From a virus: a stretch of 64,000 bases of DNA. The number at the start of each line of letters is the position of its first letter. Positions within the stretch are counted from its first letter, which is position 1. The stretch is taken from positions 56,258 through 120,257 of the IMG/VR virus record IMGVR_UViG_3300021440_000015, one strand, 5' to 3'. Of this stretch, positions 8,910 through 17,782 are shown one piece after another. Below the pieces are notes generated by a model. The model was not told the origin of the DNA, searched no databases, and saw only the letters and a list, made by a program, of their open reading frames with translations. Position numbers and translations under genes: made by a program.

Positions 8910-11900
8910 TTAAACGGTTCTTCTTCTCAGGTCCAATGCCGGATTTGGTAAAGTATCTTTCTTTTGAGCATCTGGCATCTTAGGAGAAGGTGCTGTTTGC
9001 TCAGAAGTAGGTTTCTCACTTGCTTGAGATTTACCAGCTATAAGGCTATGTATTTTACTCAAGACATCCAGCATTTGTTTTTGGACATTCAAAGAATCCC
9101 CAAGATTAGTATTCACAGTATTAAGATCCGTGTTATTATTTTTAACACTATCAGGAGCTGTTTTGACAACACCTTGTAGATCTGGGGCCTGTTGATAAGA
9201 ACTAAAAGATTTCTTCTGAGGCACATCTTGATAAGATGTATTCTGAATACCTTCTTTAGGTTTATTATTCTCAGTTGGGTTTATAGTAGCTGTAGTCGAC
9301 ACTGCTGTATTTGTAGATGTCGGACTATCATCTGTTTTAGATTTCAACTGACCAAGTGCTTTACCACCGGCTTTATTTACTTTCTTTTTAAATAGCTCGT
9401 AGATTTCCGCCAGAGTCCTCGGACGTCTTCCGTCATAGAAGATTTCTTTATTAGAACCAGCAGCCGCTGGAAATAACTGAGATCCAGGTACGTTAGGATG
9501 TGATGATAGAAATTTACTAGCACCAGCTGGTCCTAAGAAATGAGCCAGATATAAATCTAAATCATCGGGATTAGGTTTAACTTTAGATAGTGTTTCTATA
9601 TTACTTTTAACATACTCACCTGCCATTAAACTGGCTGGTATGGGATCTGTAGGACTTGCATCCGTGGATACGTTATGTTTTCTGCCATATTTTCTTAATT
9701 GTTCCAACCACGTAGCTTTGGTGAATTGGAATAAACCTAAAGCAGAAGAGTTAGGATTCTTTGCGTTTGGATTCATGTTAGATTCCAGAACAGCAAAAGT
9801 CTTAAGTAAATTAGCATCAACACCTGTTGAAGAAGCAGCCTTTTGTATAGCTGTTTGAACATCAGAGTTTTTATTATCTGTGCTATTACCAGTAGAAGGT
9901 TTATTAGAGCCATCCTCACTACCAGTTACATTACCCATAGCGTCATAAGAAGCTGCGGGTGTTTGTTTGAGAACAGTAGCTGGCGGAGCCTTAGCTGCTT
10001 TAATAGAAGATTCGTTAGCCACACCTGTAAAATTACCTAAAGCGTCGTAAGACTCAGAATTATTAAAATAATTTTCCTGAGGTTTTTCTTCTTTAGGTTT
10101 AGGTGTCATAGCTTTACCGGCTATATTGACATCATCTTCTTTTAATTGATTATTGATGGTCCCATTAGCTGTAGATTCTAGCAAAGCTTTAGCCATATCA
10201 TAGTTCCTACCAGATAGACCACCCTGCATAATAGTGCCATATCCACCACCACCGCGACCTATGCCATAATTTATAAGTTCAGATGCTTTACCAGGATCTG
10301 CTTTAGAATCTTTTAATGATAATTGAATACCAGCTGGTTCAAAATGCCATGGTTCTGAACCAACAGGTCTTGTGAACCCGTATTTTTTCATCAGACCCAT
10401 TTTATCAAGTTCGTTAAGTATAGTTCTATCAGCATCAAGTGCTAGACCGAATTCATGTAATGATTTTCCTGGTGGTGCTGACGTGCCAGGAGATCTTCTG
10501 TGTATCTCAGCTTGTTTCTGATAAGATCTAAATGCATCATTTAGAGAAACTTTCTTACCAGTTAGCTCACCATATTCCTGAGCCATAGCTAATAAATTCT
10601 TTTTAACGTCAGGGTGTAGGTTTTCTATATCCACCTCATCTTTTAAACTGATGAATTGCATTCCGGTACTACCATCACGCATGGGTCCATTAGCTAAGCC
10701 TGGTGTTTTAAAACCAGATAATGGAGTGTCGGTTTTACCTGTGTTGGTTTTATCCGATATTTTACCATCTTCACTGTCGGTGCTCACAGAAGCAGTTTTC
10801 TTATTGATTTTAGATGGTTTTATAAGATCTTCCTCAGGCTTAGTTATAAGCACTGGGGTTTTCTTCTTTTCAGCCTGTACTTCGTTTTCAGTTTTAACAG
10901 GTTCTGTTTTAACTAAATTAGAAACCTTAGCCAATAGGTTTCTAATCTCTATTTTAATAAGTTCTCGATTATCTGAAAGTTCTGCAACATCTTTAACAGG
11001 ACTCACTTTTAAATCATGAGGTCCGTCGTCGAAAGATGTCAATTCAAGATATCTTTTTAACTCAGTTGGCTTAAGTGTGTCTACCTTAGATAAAGATATC
11101 TTAGGATTGATTTTAGATAAAACTCTTAAATGGTTTATAAAAAAGAATTTGAATCTATCACTAAACCAAGCTTTTAACTTTTGGGTCTGTTCTTTATCTT
11201 CTTCATTAACACCAAAGATACCGGCTATATCTACCCATTTAAGATTGTTTGATATTTTAGGCTCGTCGCCAGATAAAGACACATTATCATCTAACATCAG
11301 AGCTTCAAGCTCCATTAGTTTATGATGATGCTGGGAATGTTCGGGACGATTACTAAAGCCGTATTGATAAGCTCTATAAAGCTCGTATTTATTAAGATTG
11401 TTTTTGGTAAGGCTTTTATAGCCTTTGTAAAGGCCGTATCCAGCACCAGCTATGACCATAGCGGCTATACCAGGCGGTGATAATAACGCACCTAATGCAG
11501 CAGTACCTACAGCAGCAACAGCTCCCACAGCACCACCTAGGGTACCGGCTGTCAAGGCTGTCAAAGCAGCTGGTAAAGCTCTTGCTATAGTAGGTAAGTT
11601 ACTGACAACGGCTTTACCGACGCCAAATATACCATTACCGACAAATTTACTTACAGAAGCAAGTCCTCTAAATACGGTACCCACACCACTTATTAAACCG
11701 CCGATACCGGTTATCAGTCCTGATAATTTTCCAAGCAGATCATTTAAAAGACCGCCTTCTCTATATTTAACAGTCATATCAGGTTTATGTTCCTGATTTG
11801 GTTCCTTATTCTGGCTGGGATCTTTATTAGATTTAAGTTTATTTAATCTATCTATCCAGGATCCGTCGCGTCTACCGCTTCCATCCTTATCATTGAATAG

Positions 11901-14900
11901 CTTTGTCTGCTGCCTGTCCTCTATTCGCTTAAGGCGCTCTTCGCGTGTTCCTTTTTCTGCCTTAACAGGTATTTTCTCACGTTTTGTTGCTACCGTTTGT
12001 GATTTTATACTAGATGAAGGTAATTTACCAGCAACACTTTTAAAAATACCTTTCAATAAAGAAGGTTTTTCATTTTTATTGCTTTGTTCTCTTCTAGTCT
12101 CTATTCGTTTAAGACGCTCTTCTCTAGTACCCTTTTCTGCCTTGGTAGGCATCTTTTCTTTTTCTTTGACAGAAGCAGGTTCTGAATTATCAGATACCAT
12201 ACTTGAGATACTACCTGAGATTTTATCTTTATAAACTTTCAAGTCTGCTGAAGCACCAGACTTATCCATAAGAGTTTTAAATTTATTATCTAATCCGGTT
12301 AACTTTACTATAGCAGCTAAACCATTTCTTCCTATGGCTTTTATCAAAGTGCCTCTTGGATCGACAAGACCTTTAGCGATATCACTGCTCTGTAGGACAA
12401 TATTACCTCTCTTGTCTATTACGTCGCCTTTTATATCTTCATATTTAGATATAGGTTTACCAGAGGCTTTGTCAAAATAATAACCAGCGTCGGTTTTATG
12501 TTTTGTCATTCTAGGTAAAAATTCACCCTTTATATACAAATCAGTACCTATTACTGTATTTTTAGTTTCTCTATATATACCTTTAACATAAGCAACTGCT
12601 AATTTCTTAGTTATGTCAAAAGCTGCTTTACCAACATAACTGGTTACTTTAGCAGCGCCGCCTGCTAGTAACCCTAAGTTTTGCATACTTGAGTTTATGT
12701 TGTCTTTATTATCGGTTATATATTTAGTTACCTTCTGAGAAGTAACAGGCGCTTTCTTAACAAAAGCTTCTGTGAGCTTTCTACCTACTCTGCCAGAACC
12801 AACAGACATACTTTTCAATATATCTTTAATGGTGAGTGTTGATTTGGATAATTCTTTAACGAAAGGTTTAGTTGGTTTTATTTCCTCAGACTGTACTAAG
12901 GATAGCTTAGCCATATCGTCTATTTTACCAGACATCGCCTCTGTCAAAGAAAGTGTGTTTTTTATATCCAGAGCGGTTTGTACTTCTGGATTTATTTTAT
13001 TTTTCGATAACTGAGCAGAATCCGCACCAGCTTTAACTTTAGAAACATTTGTGATTTTATCGTCTAGCTGCTTAATAGCCGACATAGTTATGCCGTTTAA
13101 AGAAACCAAATCGATCTTTTTACCACCAGGCGCTACAGAGTCGCCAAGGTTACGTTTCACATCTTGAGCCATAGGACCGATTTTATAATCTGTGTCTTTT
13201 AAACCTGATGTTGTTTTATATTTCCAAGAAAAGTCTGGGATATTCTTAATAGCAGTTAGAGCTTTAGACGAATCAAAAGGTTTTCTGTCTGTCTTGACAT
13301 TAACATCAGAGACAGCCTCATCACTTTCAAATTCCATCTTAGTTAGGAACTTTTTATAGTTTTTAACATTAAGTTTATATTTACCATCTGATTCAAGAGT
13401 CACCAATCCTTGTTTAATCAGTTCCTTGTCTTGCCCAGCTGATAATAGCTTGTTTATATCTGTTTGGACGTTCGGTGAATACTTTCTCATGGTAGCTATA
13501 GTTTCCATGAACTCATTTTTATTACCGATTGCGTCTCTATCTATATCAGGATTATATTTTTGTGAGAATTTATCTTTGAACCTGGTTTGCTGCTCTGGAC
13601 TAAGTTCCTTAAAACTTTCGGATCTCAGCAAAGCATCAGGACTGCTGTCACCTCTATGTTCTTTAGAGAAAGAGCTAAGTAACTTTTTAAAGGACTTTTC
13701 ATCCTCACCAGTCAGCTGACCTTCAAATAACTTCTCTGTGAAGTCTTTAGCTGTTTTCTGATTGCCGTAACTAGTATCTTTTATTTTTTTCTTTAAACTA
13801 GCTAGAATGTCTTTAGACAAAGCGGTCTCAGTTTTAAATTCCCCAGTTAGTTTATCGAAAACTGTTAAAGAGGTTTTATCACCGAGTCTGGTAGTTTGCA
13901 ATTCTCTATAGATCCTAGCTAAATATCCAGGTATTATTTCAGTTACGCTGATATTTAGATTATTATCTGTTTGCTTGTCTATAGTGGCTATATCACCAGC
14001 ATAAGCTTTTTTAACATTTATTTTACTCTGTGCATCTGAAGGTGATAGTAATCCTAAAACATCATCAGCCACTGAGTAAGCCATCCCTTTAACTAAATTG
14101 TCGCTATATAAGCCATCTTCCATGGCCTCTGAATTTCTTATTTTGCCGACATACTCGAAAGGATTAGCTATGACACCGGCTAATTTTTTACCAGTTTCGT
14201 CTAGCTTAGGGAACTTCTTATTAAGATAAGTACTCATCTTACCATATGGAAGTTTTTCCTTACCGTAGTCCATCATCATACTGGTGACAGCACCACCTGC
14301 TAACTTAAATGGCGATGATTGTCCAGCCATAGTTTCTTTAGCATTGTAGACTTCTTCCGTCATAAAGGAAGCTTGCTCAACACCTTCTTTGAATTCATCT
14401 ATTTTCTCTTTAGTATAAGAAGATATCTTTTCAAGCGTTTCATCTAGCCAATCATTATCACCAAAGAGTCGTGTATTGATTCTATTGGCTAATCTTCTTT
14501 GCATCTCTTCTTTCATTATTTCACTTTTTTGAATTTTAGTGAATTCTGGAAGAGCTGTATTTATAATGATGCCTTTAAATTGCTCAGATGATGTTTCTTG
14601 ATATCTCTTTGTCGTAAAAAGTAATTCTTTTTGAACAAAAAAGGATCTTAATTGTAACTCAAGACTTTTCTTTTGATAGGCTTGAGTTATAGTGTCATTA
14701 TAACTTGTTAATCTAGCTATATTGTCACTCATTGACGACAATACGCCAAACTCTGATTCAAATCTTTTCTTAGTTAAATTTTCTTTAACAAGATCTTCGG
14801 CGTTGTCTCTTGCTCTTAACTTTAGATCAAGCTCTTGATTAACTTTAAAAGTATCAGCTATTGTACTTTGAATAGAGCTTTCAAGAGCAGCTTCAGGGTT

Positions 14901-15329
14901 GTAACCGCTAGTTACATATTCTTCACCACCTGTAGCGTCTAGTAACTTATCGACTATTTTTCTTAAGAAGCCTTCTTCTTTAGGTACAAGCTTATCTATC
15001 TTTCTAGCTAGACCGTTTGCCTGAGGTTTTATTTCCTGGATAGATTGATCATATAGCTTAGATATACCAGTAGTAATTTTTTCACCGGCGTTAAAGATCG
15101 TGGTATATTCCTTAGGTAGTGTTCTCTCAGCTATGTCTTTTATAAAATTCACATCCTGAAGAGTATCACTTGCCTGAGAGATGACACCTTTGAAAACCTC
15201 AGATACGGGCTTTCTTTCTTTAGGGTTAGTAGCTTCTAAATCGTCAGGGAAATCAAAGTCACCAAAATCAAGTTCGTCATCAAGATCGAACTCATCTCTT
15301 TTTAATTTTTTCTTAACATCCTTAGCCAT
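8910..15329 (-). CDS. giant tail-associated lysin / tape-measure-like protein (phiKZ gp181-like) with S74-like, M15 peptidase and lytic transglycosylase domains
   Basis: 2139 aa; SLT motifs VLESNMNPNAKN..ALGLFQF..LYLAHFLG; M15 motifs FRSYQKQ..SLHEFGLALD..EPWHFE; hydrophobic Gly/Ala segments; SDVNVK..IGPMAQD..AIKQL. Confidence 0.8.
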   Translation of the reverse strand: MAKDVKKKLKRDEFDLDDELDFGDFDFPDDLEATNPKERKPVSEVFKGVISQASDTLQDVNFIKDIAERTLPKEYTTIFNAGEKITTGISKLYDQSIQEIKPQANGLARKIDKLVPKEEGFLRKIVDKLLDATGGEEYVTSGYNPEAALESSIQSTIADTFKVNQELDLKLRARDNAEDLVKENLTKKRFESEFGVLSSMSDNIARLTSYNDTITQAYQKKSLELQLRSFFVQKELLFTTKRYQETSSEQFKGIIINTALPEFTKIQKSEIMKEEMQRRLANRINTRLFGDNDWLDETLEKISSYTKEKIDEFKEGVEQASFMTEEVYNAKETMAGQSSPFKLAGGAVTSMMMDYGKEKLPYGKMSTYLNKKFPKLDETGKKLAGVIANPFEYVGKIRNSEAMEDGLYSDNLVKGMAYSVADDVLGLLSPSDAQSKINVKKAYAGDIATIDKQTDNNLNISVTEIIPGYLARIYRELQTTRLGDKTSLTVFDKLTGEFKTETALSKDILASLKKKIKDTSYGNQKTAKDFTEKLFEGQLTGEDEKSFKKLLSSFSKEHRGDSSPDALLRSESFKELSPEQQTRFKDKFSQKYNPDIDRDAIGNKNEFMETIATMRKYSPNVQTDINKLLSAGQDKELIKQGLVTLESDGKYKLNVKNYKKFLTKMEFESDEAVSDVNVKTDRKPFDSSKALTAIKNIPDFSWKYKTTSGLKDTDYKIGPMAQDVKRNLGDSVAPGGKKIDLVSLNGITMSAIKQLDDKITNVSKVKAGADSAQLSKNKINPEVQTALDIKNTLSLTEAMSGKIDDMAKLSLVQSEEIKPTKPFVKELSKSTLTIKDILKSMSVGSGRVGRKLTEAFVKKAPVTSQKVTKYITDNKDNINSSMQNLGLLAGGAAKVTSYVGKAAFDITKKLAVAYVKGIYRETKNTVIGTDLYIKGEFLPRMTKHKTDAGYYFDKASGKPISKYEDIKGDVIDKRGNIVLQSSDIAKGLVDPRGTLIKAIGRNGLAAIVKLTGLDNKFKTLMDKSGASADLKVYKDKISGSISSMVSDNSEPASVKEKEKMPTKAEKGTREERLKRIETRREQSNKNEKPSLLKGIFKSVAGKLPSSSIKSQTVATKREKIPVKAEKGTREERLKRIEDRQQTKLFNDKDGSGRRDGSWIDRLNKLKSNKDPSQNKEPNQEHKPDMTVKYREGGLLNDLLGKLSGLITGIGGLISGVGTVFRGLASVSKFVGNGIFGVGKAVVSNLPTIARALPAALTALTAGTLGGAVGAVAAVGTAALGALLSPPGIAAMVIAGAGYGLYKGYKSLTKNNLNKYELYRAYQYGFSNRPEHSQHHHKLMELEALMLDDNVSLSGDEPKISNNLKWVDIAGIFGVNEEDKEQTQKLKAWFSDRFKFFFINHLRVLSKINPKISLSKVDTLKPTELKRYLELTSFDDGPHDLKVSPVKDVAELSDNRELIKIEIRNLLAKVSNLVKTEPVKTENEVQAEKKKTPVLITKPEEDLIKPSKINKKTASVSTDSEDGKISDKTNTGKTDTPLSGFKTPGLANGPMRDGSTGMQFISLKDEVDIENLHPDVKKNLLAMAQEYGELTGKKVSLNDAFRSYQKQAEIHRRSPGTSAPPGKSLHEFGLALDADRTILNELDKMGLMKKYGFTRPVGSEPWHFEPAGIQLSLKDSKADPGKASELINYGIGRGGGGYGTIMQGGLSGRNYDMAKALLESTANGTINNQLKEDDVNIAGKAMTPKPKEEKPQENYFNNSESYDALGNFTGVANESSIKAAKAPPATVLKQTPAASYDAMGNVTGSEDGSNKPSTGNSTDNKNSDVQTAIQKAASSTGVDANLLKTFAVLESNMNPNAKNPNSSALGLFQFTKATWLEQLRKYGRKHNVSTDASPTDPIPASLMAGEYVKSNIETLSKVKPNPDDLDLYLAHFLGPAGASKFLSSHPNVPGSQLFPAAAGSNKEIFYDGRRPRTLAEIYELFKKKVNKAGGKALGQLKSKTDDSPTSTNTAVSTTATINPTENNKPKEGIQNTSYQDVPQKKSFSSYQQAPDLQGVVKTAPDSVKNNNTDLNTVNTNLGDSLNVQKQMLDVLSKIHSLIAGKSQASEKPTSEQTAPSPKMPDAQKKDTLPNPALDLRRRTV

Positions 15330-15392
15330 TTTGGGTAATCCTTTTTAGGCTGATACAAAAGTTTTCATAAGATTCATTTTAGATTTGATAAA

Positions 15393-16862
15393 ATGGAGCT
15401 TTTAAAGAGGAAAAACATGCAAACTGCTATGCTGCCATTTAACATAGACCTGTTAAACCTTTCTGACATAGACATCAGAACCATCAGACCTGTTAAGGTT
15501 CTAGACATAACCGATGGGCTGACCAAGAACTTTCATCCGGATGGTTTATTCAGCACCCAAACCTTTGGTATGGTGGGTGAAGAAAAACGAAATAGGATGT
15601 TCTCTTATATTAATCTGAATATAAAAGTGCTACACCCTATCATCTTTAAATCTTTATACGATCTAAAGTCTCTTTATGGAGATATCATGTCGTCTAAAGC
15701 ATACGCTATATTTGACCCAGAGTTGAAAGATTTTGTAAAATCTGATCAGATAGATGGTCAAACTGGTTTCGATTTCTTCATCAAACATCTACCAGAGCTT
15801 AAATTTGAACAAAACAGTTCTGTAAGAAGACAGTTTAATATCAAGCTAGTGGATAAGTACAGACAAAAAGCTCTTATAGATAAGTTTGTCGTAATGCCTG
15901 CTGGTTTAAGAGATTACGTTTTAGACGAGAATAATCAACCTAGTGAGGATGAAATAAATACACTTTACAGAAGAGTATTATCTTTATCTAGTATTATAGG
16001 TACCGTAAACTCACAGCTAAATGCTGAATACTTCAACAACATGCGGTTTCAGCTACAGCTTGCCTGTAATGAGATTTTTGAATACATAAAAAATCTTCTT
16101 GAGGGTAAAAGCAAACTCATACTTGGTAAATGGGCAGGTAGAAAAACCTTTCACTCCACCAGAAATGTTATTACGTCCTATATCAGCAAGAATACACAGC
16201 TATTTGGTCCTAGACATGTATCATCCACGCAAACTGTAGTAGGCCTGTACCAGTATTTAAGAGCTACTCTGCCTTTATCCATAAAGAATGTGAGGGACGG
16301 TTTTATAGGAAGTGTCTTTACAGGGCCGAACTCACCTATGATACTGGTGAATAAAAAGACGCTGAAAAAAGTAGTAGTTCCTATCAATCCTAAGGAATAT
16401 GACAAATGGATGACTAATGAAGGCTTGGAGAAAGTCTTTGCTACCTATGGACAAGAGAACCTCAGACACAGTTATGTGGAGATATCTGATCACTACGCAG
16501 GTTTAATTTTTAAAGGTAAGGACGGGACTTATAAAATCTTCCAGGACATAGATGAGTTACCCGAACGTTACAGTAGAGAAGATGTGACACCTCTGACTAT
16601 AACAGAACTCATTATGTTGAGTGTCTATGGAGATTCATCTGAAACACCTTGTTTCACAACAAGATATCCTATTACAGGATATGGTAGCATATATCCCAGT
16701 TATGTATATCTTAAAACCACAGTAGAATCTGACACAAGAACCCTGCTAGATGACAAATGGGAACCTACCGAATTTGCTTGTGCTGAGTTTCCAATATACG
16801 GAAATGGGTTTTATAATTCCTTTTCAGTAGCCTCTAAAAATTTATCAAGACTTGGTGCTGAT
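15393..16862 (+). CDS. virion RNAP beta' subunit (phiKZ gp180-like), exon 1
   Basis: PDGLFS..TFG, VMPAGLRD, LLEGK..L.GKWAGRK, RYPI RpoC-like motifs; ends in LGAD, the start of the catalytic motif; start may be ATG 15417. Confidence 0.85.
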
Positions 16863-17271
16863 AAAAAGGATAAAAAATGAGTTAAACGTATTCTCATTTT
16901 GTTATCCAATTGTCCTCTTAAATAGTAATATTTAAAGAGATTTTTCTTGAATTGCTGGAACATCCTAAAGTTAATCCACCACCGCTAGATGAAAATCAAA
17001 GCCAAGGTTTGAAAACGGATTAAATGAAACAATGGGTAATCAGCAGCTAAGACGCTAAAGTTGACTCTATAGTCAACCATGCGTAAAGTTCAACGACTAA
17101 CCCTTAAGCAAGGTGTAGGAGATAGTATCTCCGAAGTGGGAAACGCCCTACTGTTTATACAGAGGGTGAAGATATAGTCTGCTCCTTTGGGAAAGCCAAA
17201 GGCGGGTGTCTTAACACACCGGGTTACTTTATGATAGGTTTGAAACCGAACGACTGTAACTGGACAATAGG
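16863..17271 (+). mobile_element. group I intron 1 (ORF-less, IA-like) in RNAP beta'
   Basis: P AATTGCTGGAA, Q AATCAGCAG, R GTTCAACGACTA, S AAGATATAGTCT; 5' splice site after GAU with TTGTC guide; ends ...ctggacaatagG. Confidence 0.9.
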
Positions 17272-17277
17272 TTCGAT
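17272..17277 (+). CDS. 6-nt micro-exon (TTC GAT = Phe-Asp) of RNAP beta', exon 2
   Basis: Lies between the terminal G of intron 1 and the start of intron 2; restores GAD-FD-GD. Confidence 0.85.
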
Positions 17278-17616
17278 AAGTAACATTGTCGCATACAGAA
17301 GAAATTCTGTAATGAAAACTTCTTGAATTGCTGGAACTCCCTTAGAGCCTAATCACCACTGCGAGGCGAAAGCTAAAGCCAAGGTTTGAAAAGATTAGGA
17401 TTGGGTTATCAGCAGCGAAGCACCGTATAGGTGAACGTTCAACGACCATCCCGTAAGGGAGTAGGATCTAGCAGATCCGAAGTGGGAAGCATCTTATCAG
17501 ATAAAGCTGAAGATGGTGATATGGTCTGTTCCTGTATGAAAGTACAGGCGGGTGTCTGAGCACACCGGGTAAAGAGTGTAGGTTTATATAACCGAGCGAC
17601 TTTACTGGACAATAAG
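17278..17616 (+). mobile_element. group I intron 2 (ORF-less, IA-like) in RNAP beta'
   Basis: P AATTGCTGGAA, Q TATCAGCAG, R GTTCAACGACCA, S GTGATATGGTCT (compensatory P7 change relative to intron 1); GAU|AA...TTGTC P1; ends ...ctggacaataaG. Confidence 0.9.
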
Positions 17617-17778
17617 GGTGATACAATGTCCTTAGTTTGCGTTATGTCTGAAGAAGCTAAAGCAGAAATCAGAAATAAGATAAACTCTAGAGATTTTTAC
17701 GTGGGTGTGAACAATAAAATGAACTTTAGTGGTTCTGATGATGTTCTTGACCTTACCTTAGCTAATATGACGGGCTAA
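17617..17778 (+). CDS. virion RNAP beta' subunit, exon 3 (GDTMSLVCVMSEEAKAEI...ANMTG*)
   Basis: 53 codons starting GGT GAT ACA ATG, matching the GD.M continuation of RpoC; stop 4 nt before next gene; spliced product ~545 aa. Confidence 0.85.
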   Translation, partial: GDTMSLVCVMSEEAKAEIRNKINSRDFYVGVNNKMNFSGSDDVLDLTLANMTG

Positions 17779-17782
17779 AAAC

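Noticed and set aside
16863-16880. Apparent C-terminus KKDKK* of the RNAP beta' ORF, suggesting a truncated pseudogene
   Set aside because: It is read-through into intron 1; splicing restores the DFDGD motif and an in-frame C-terminus.
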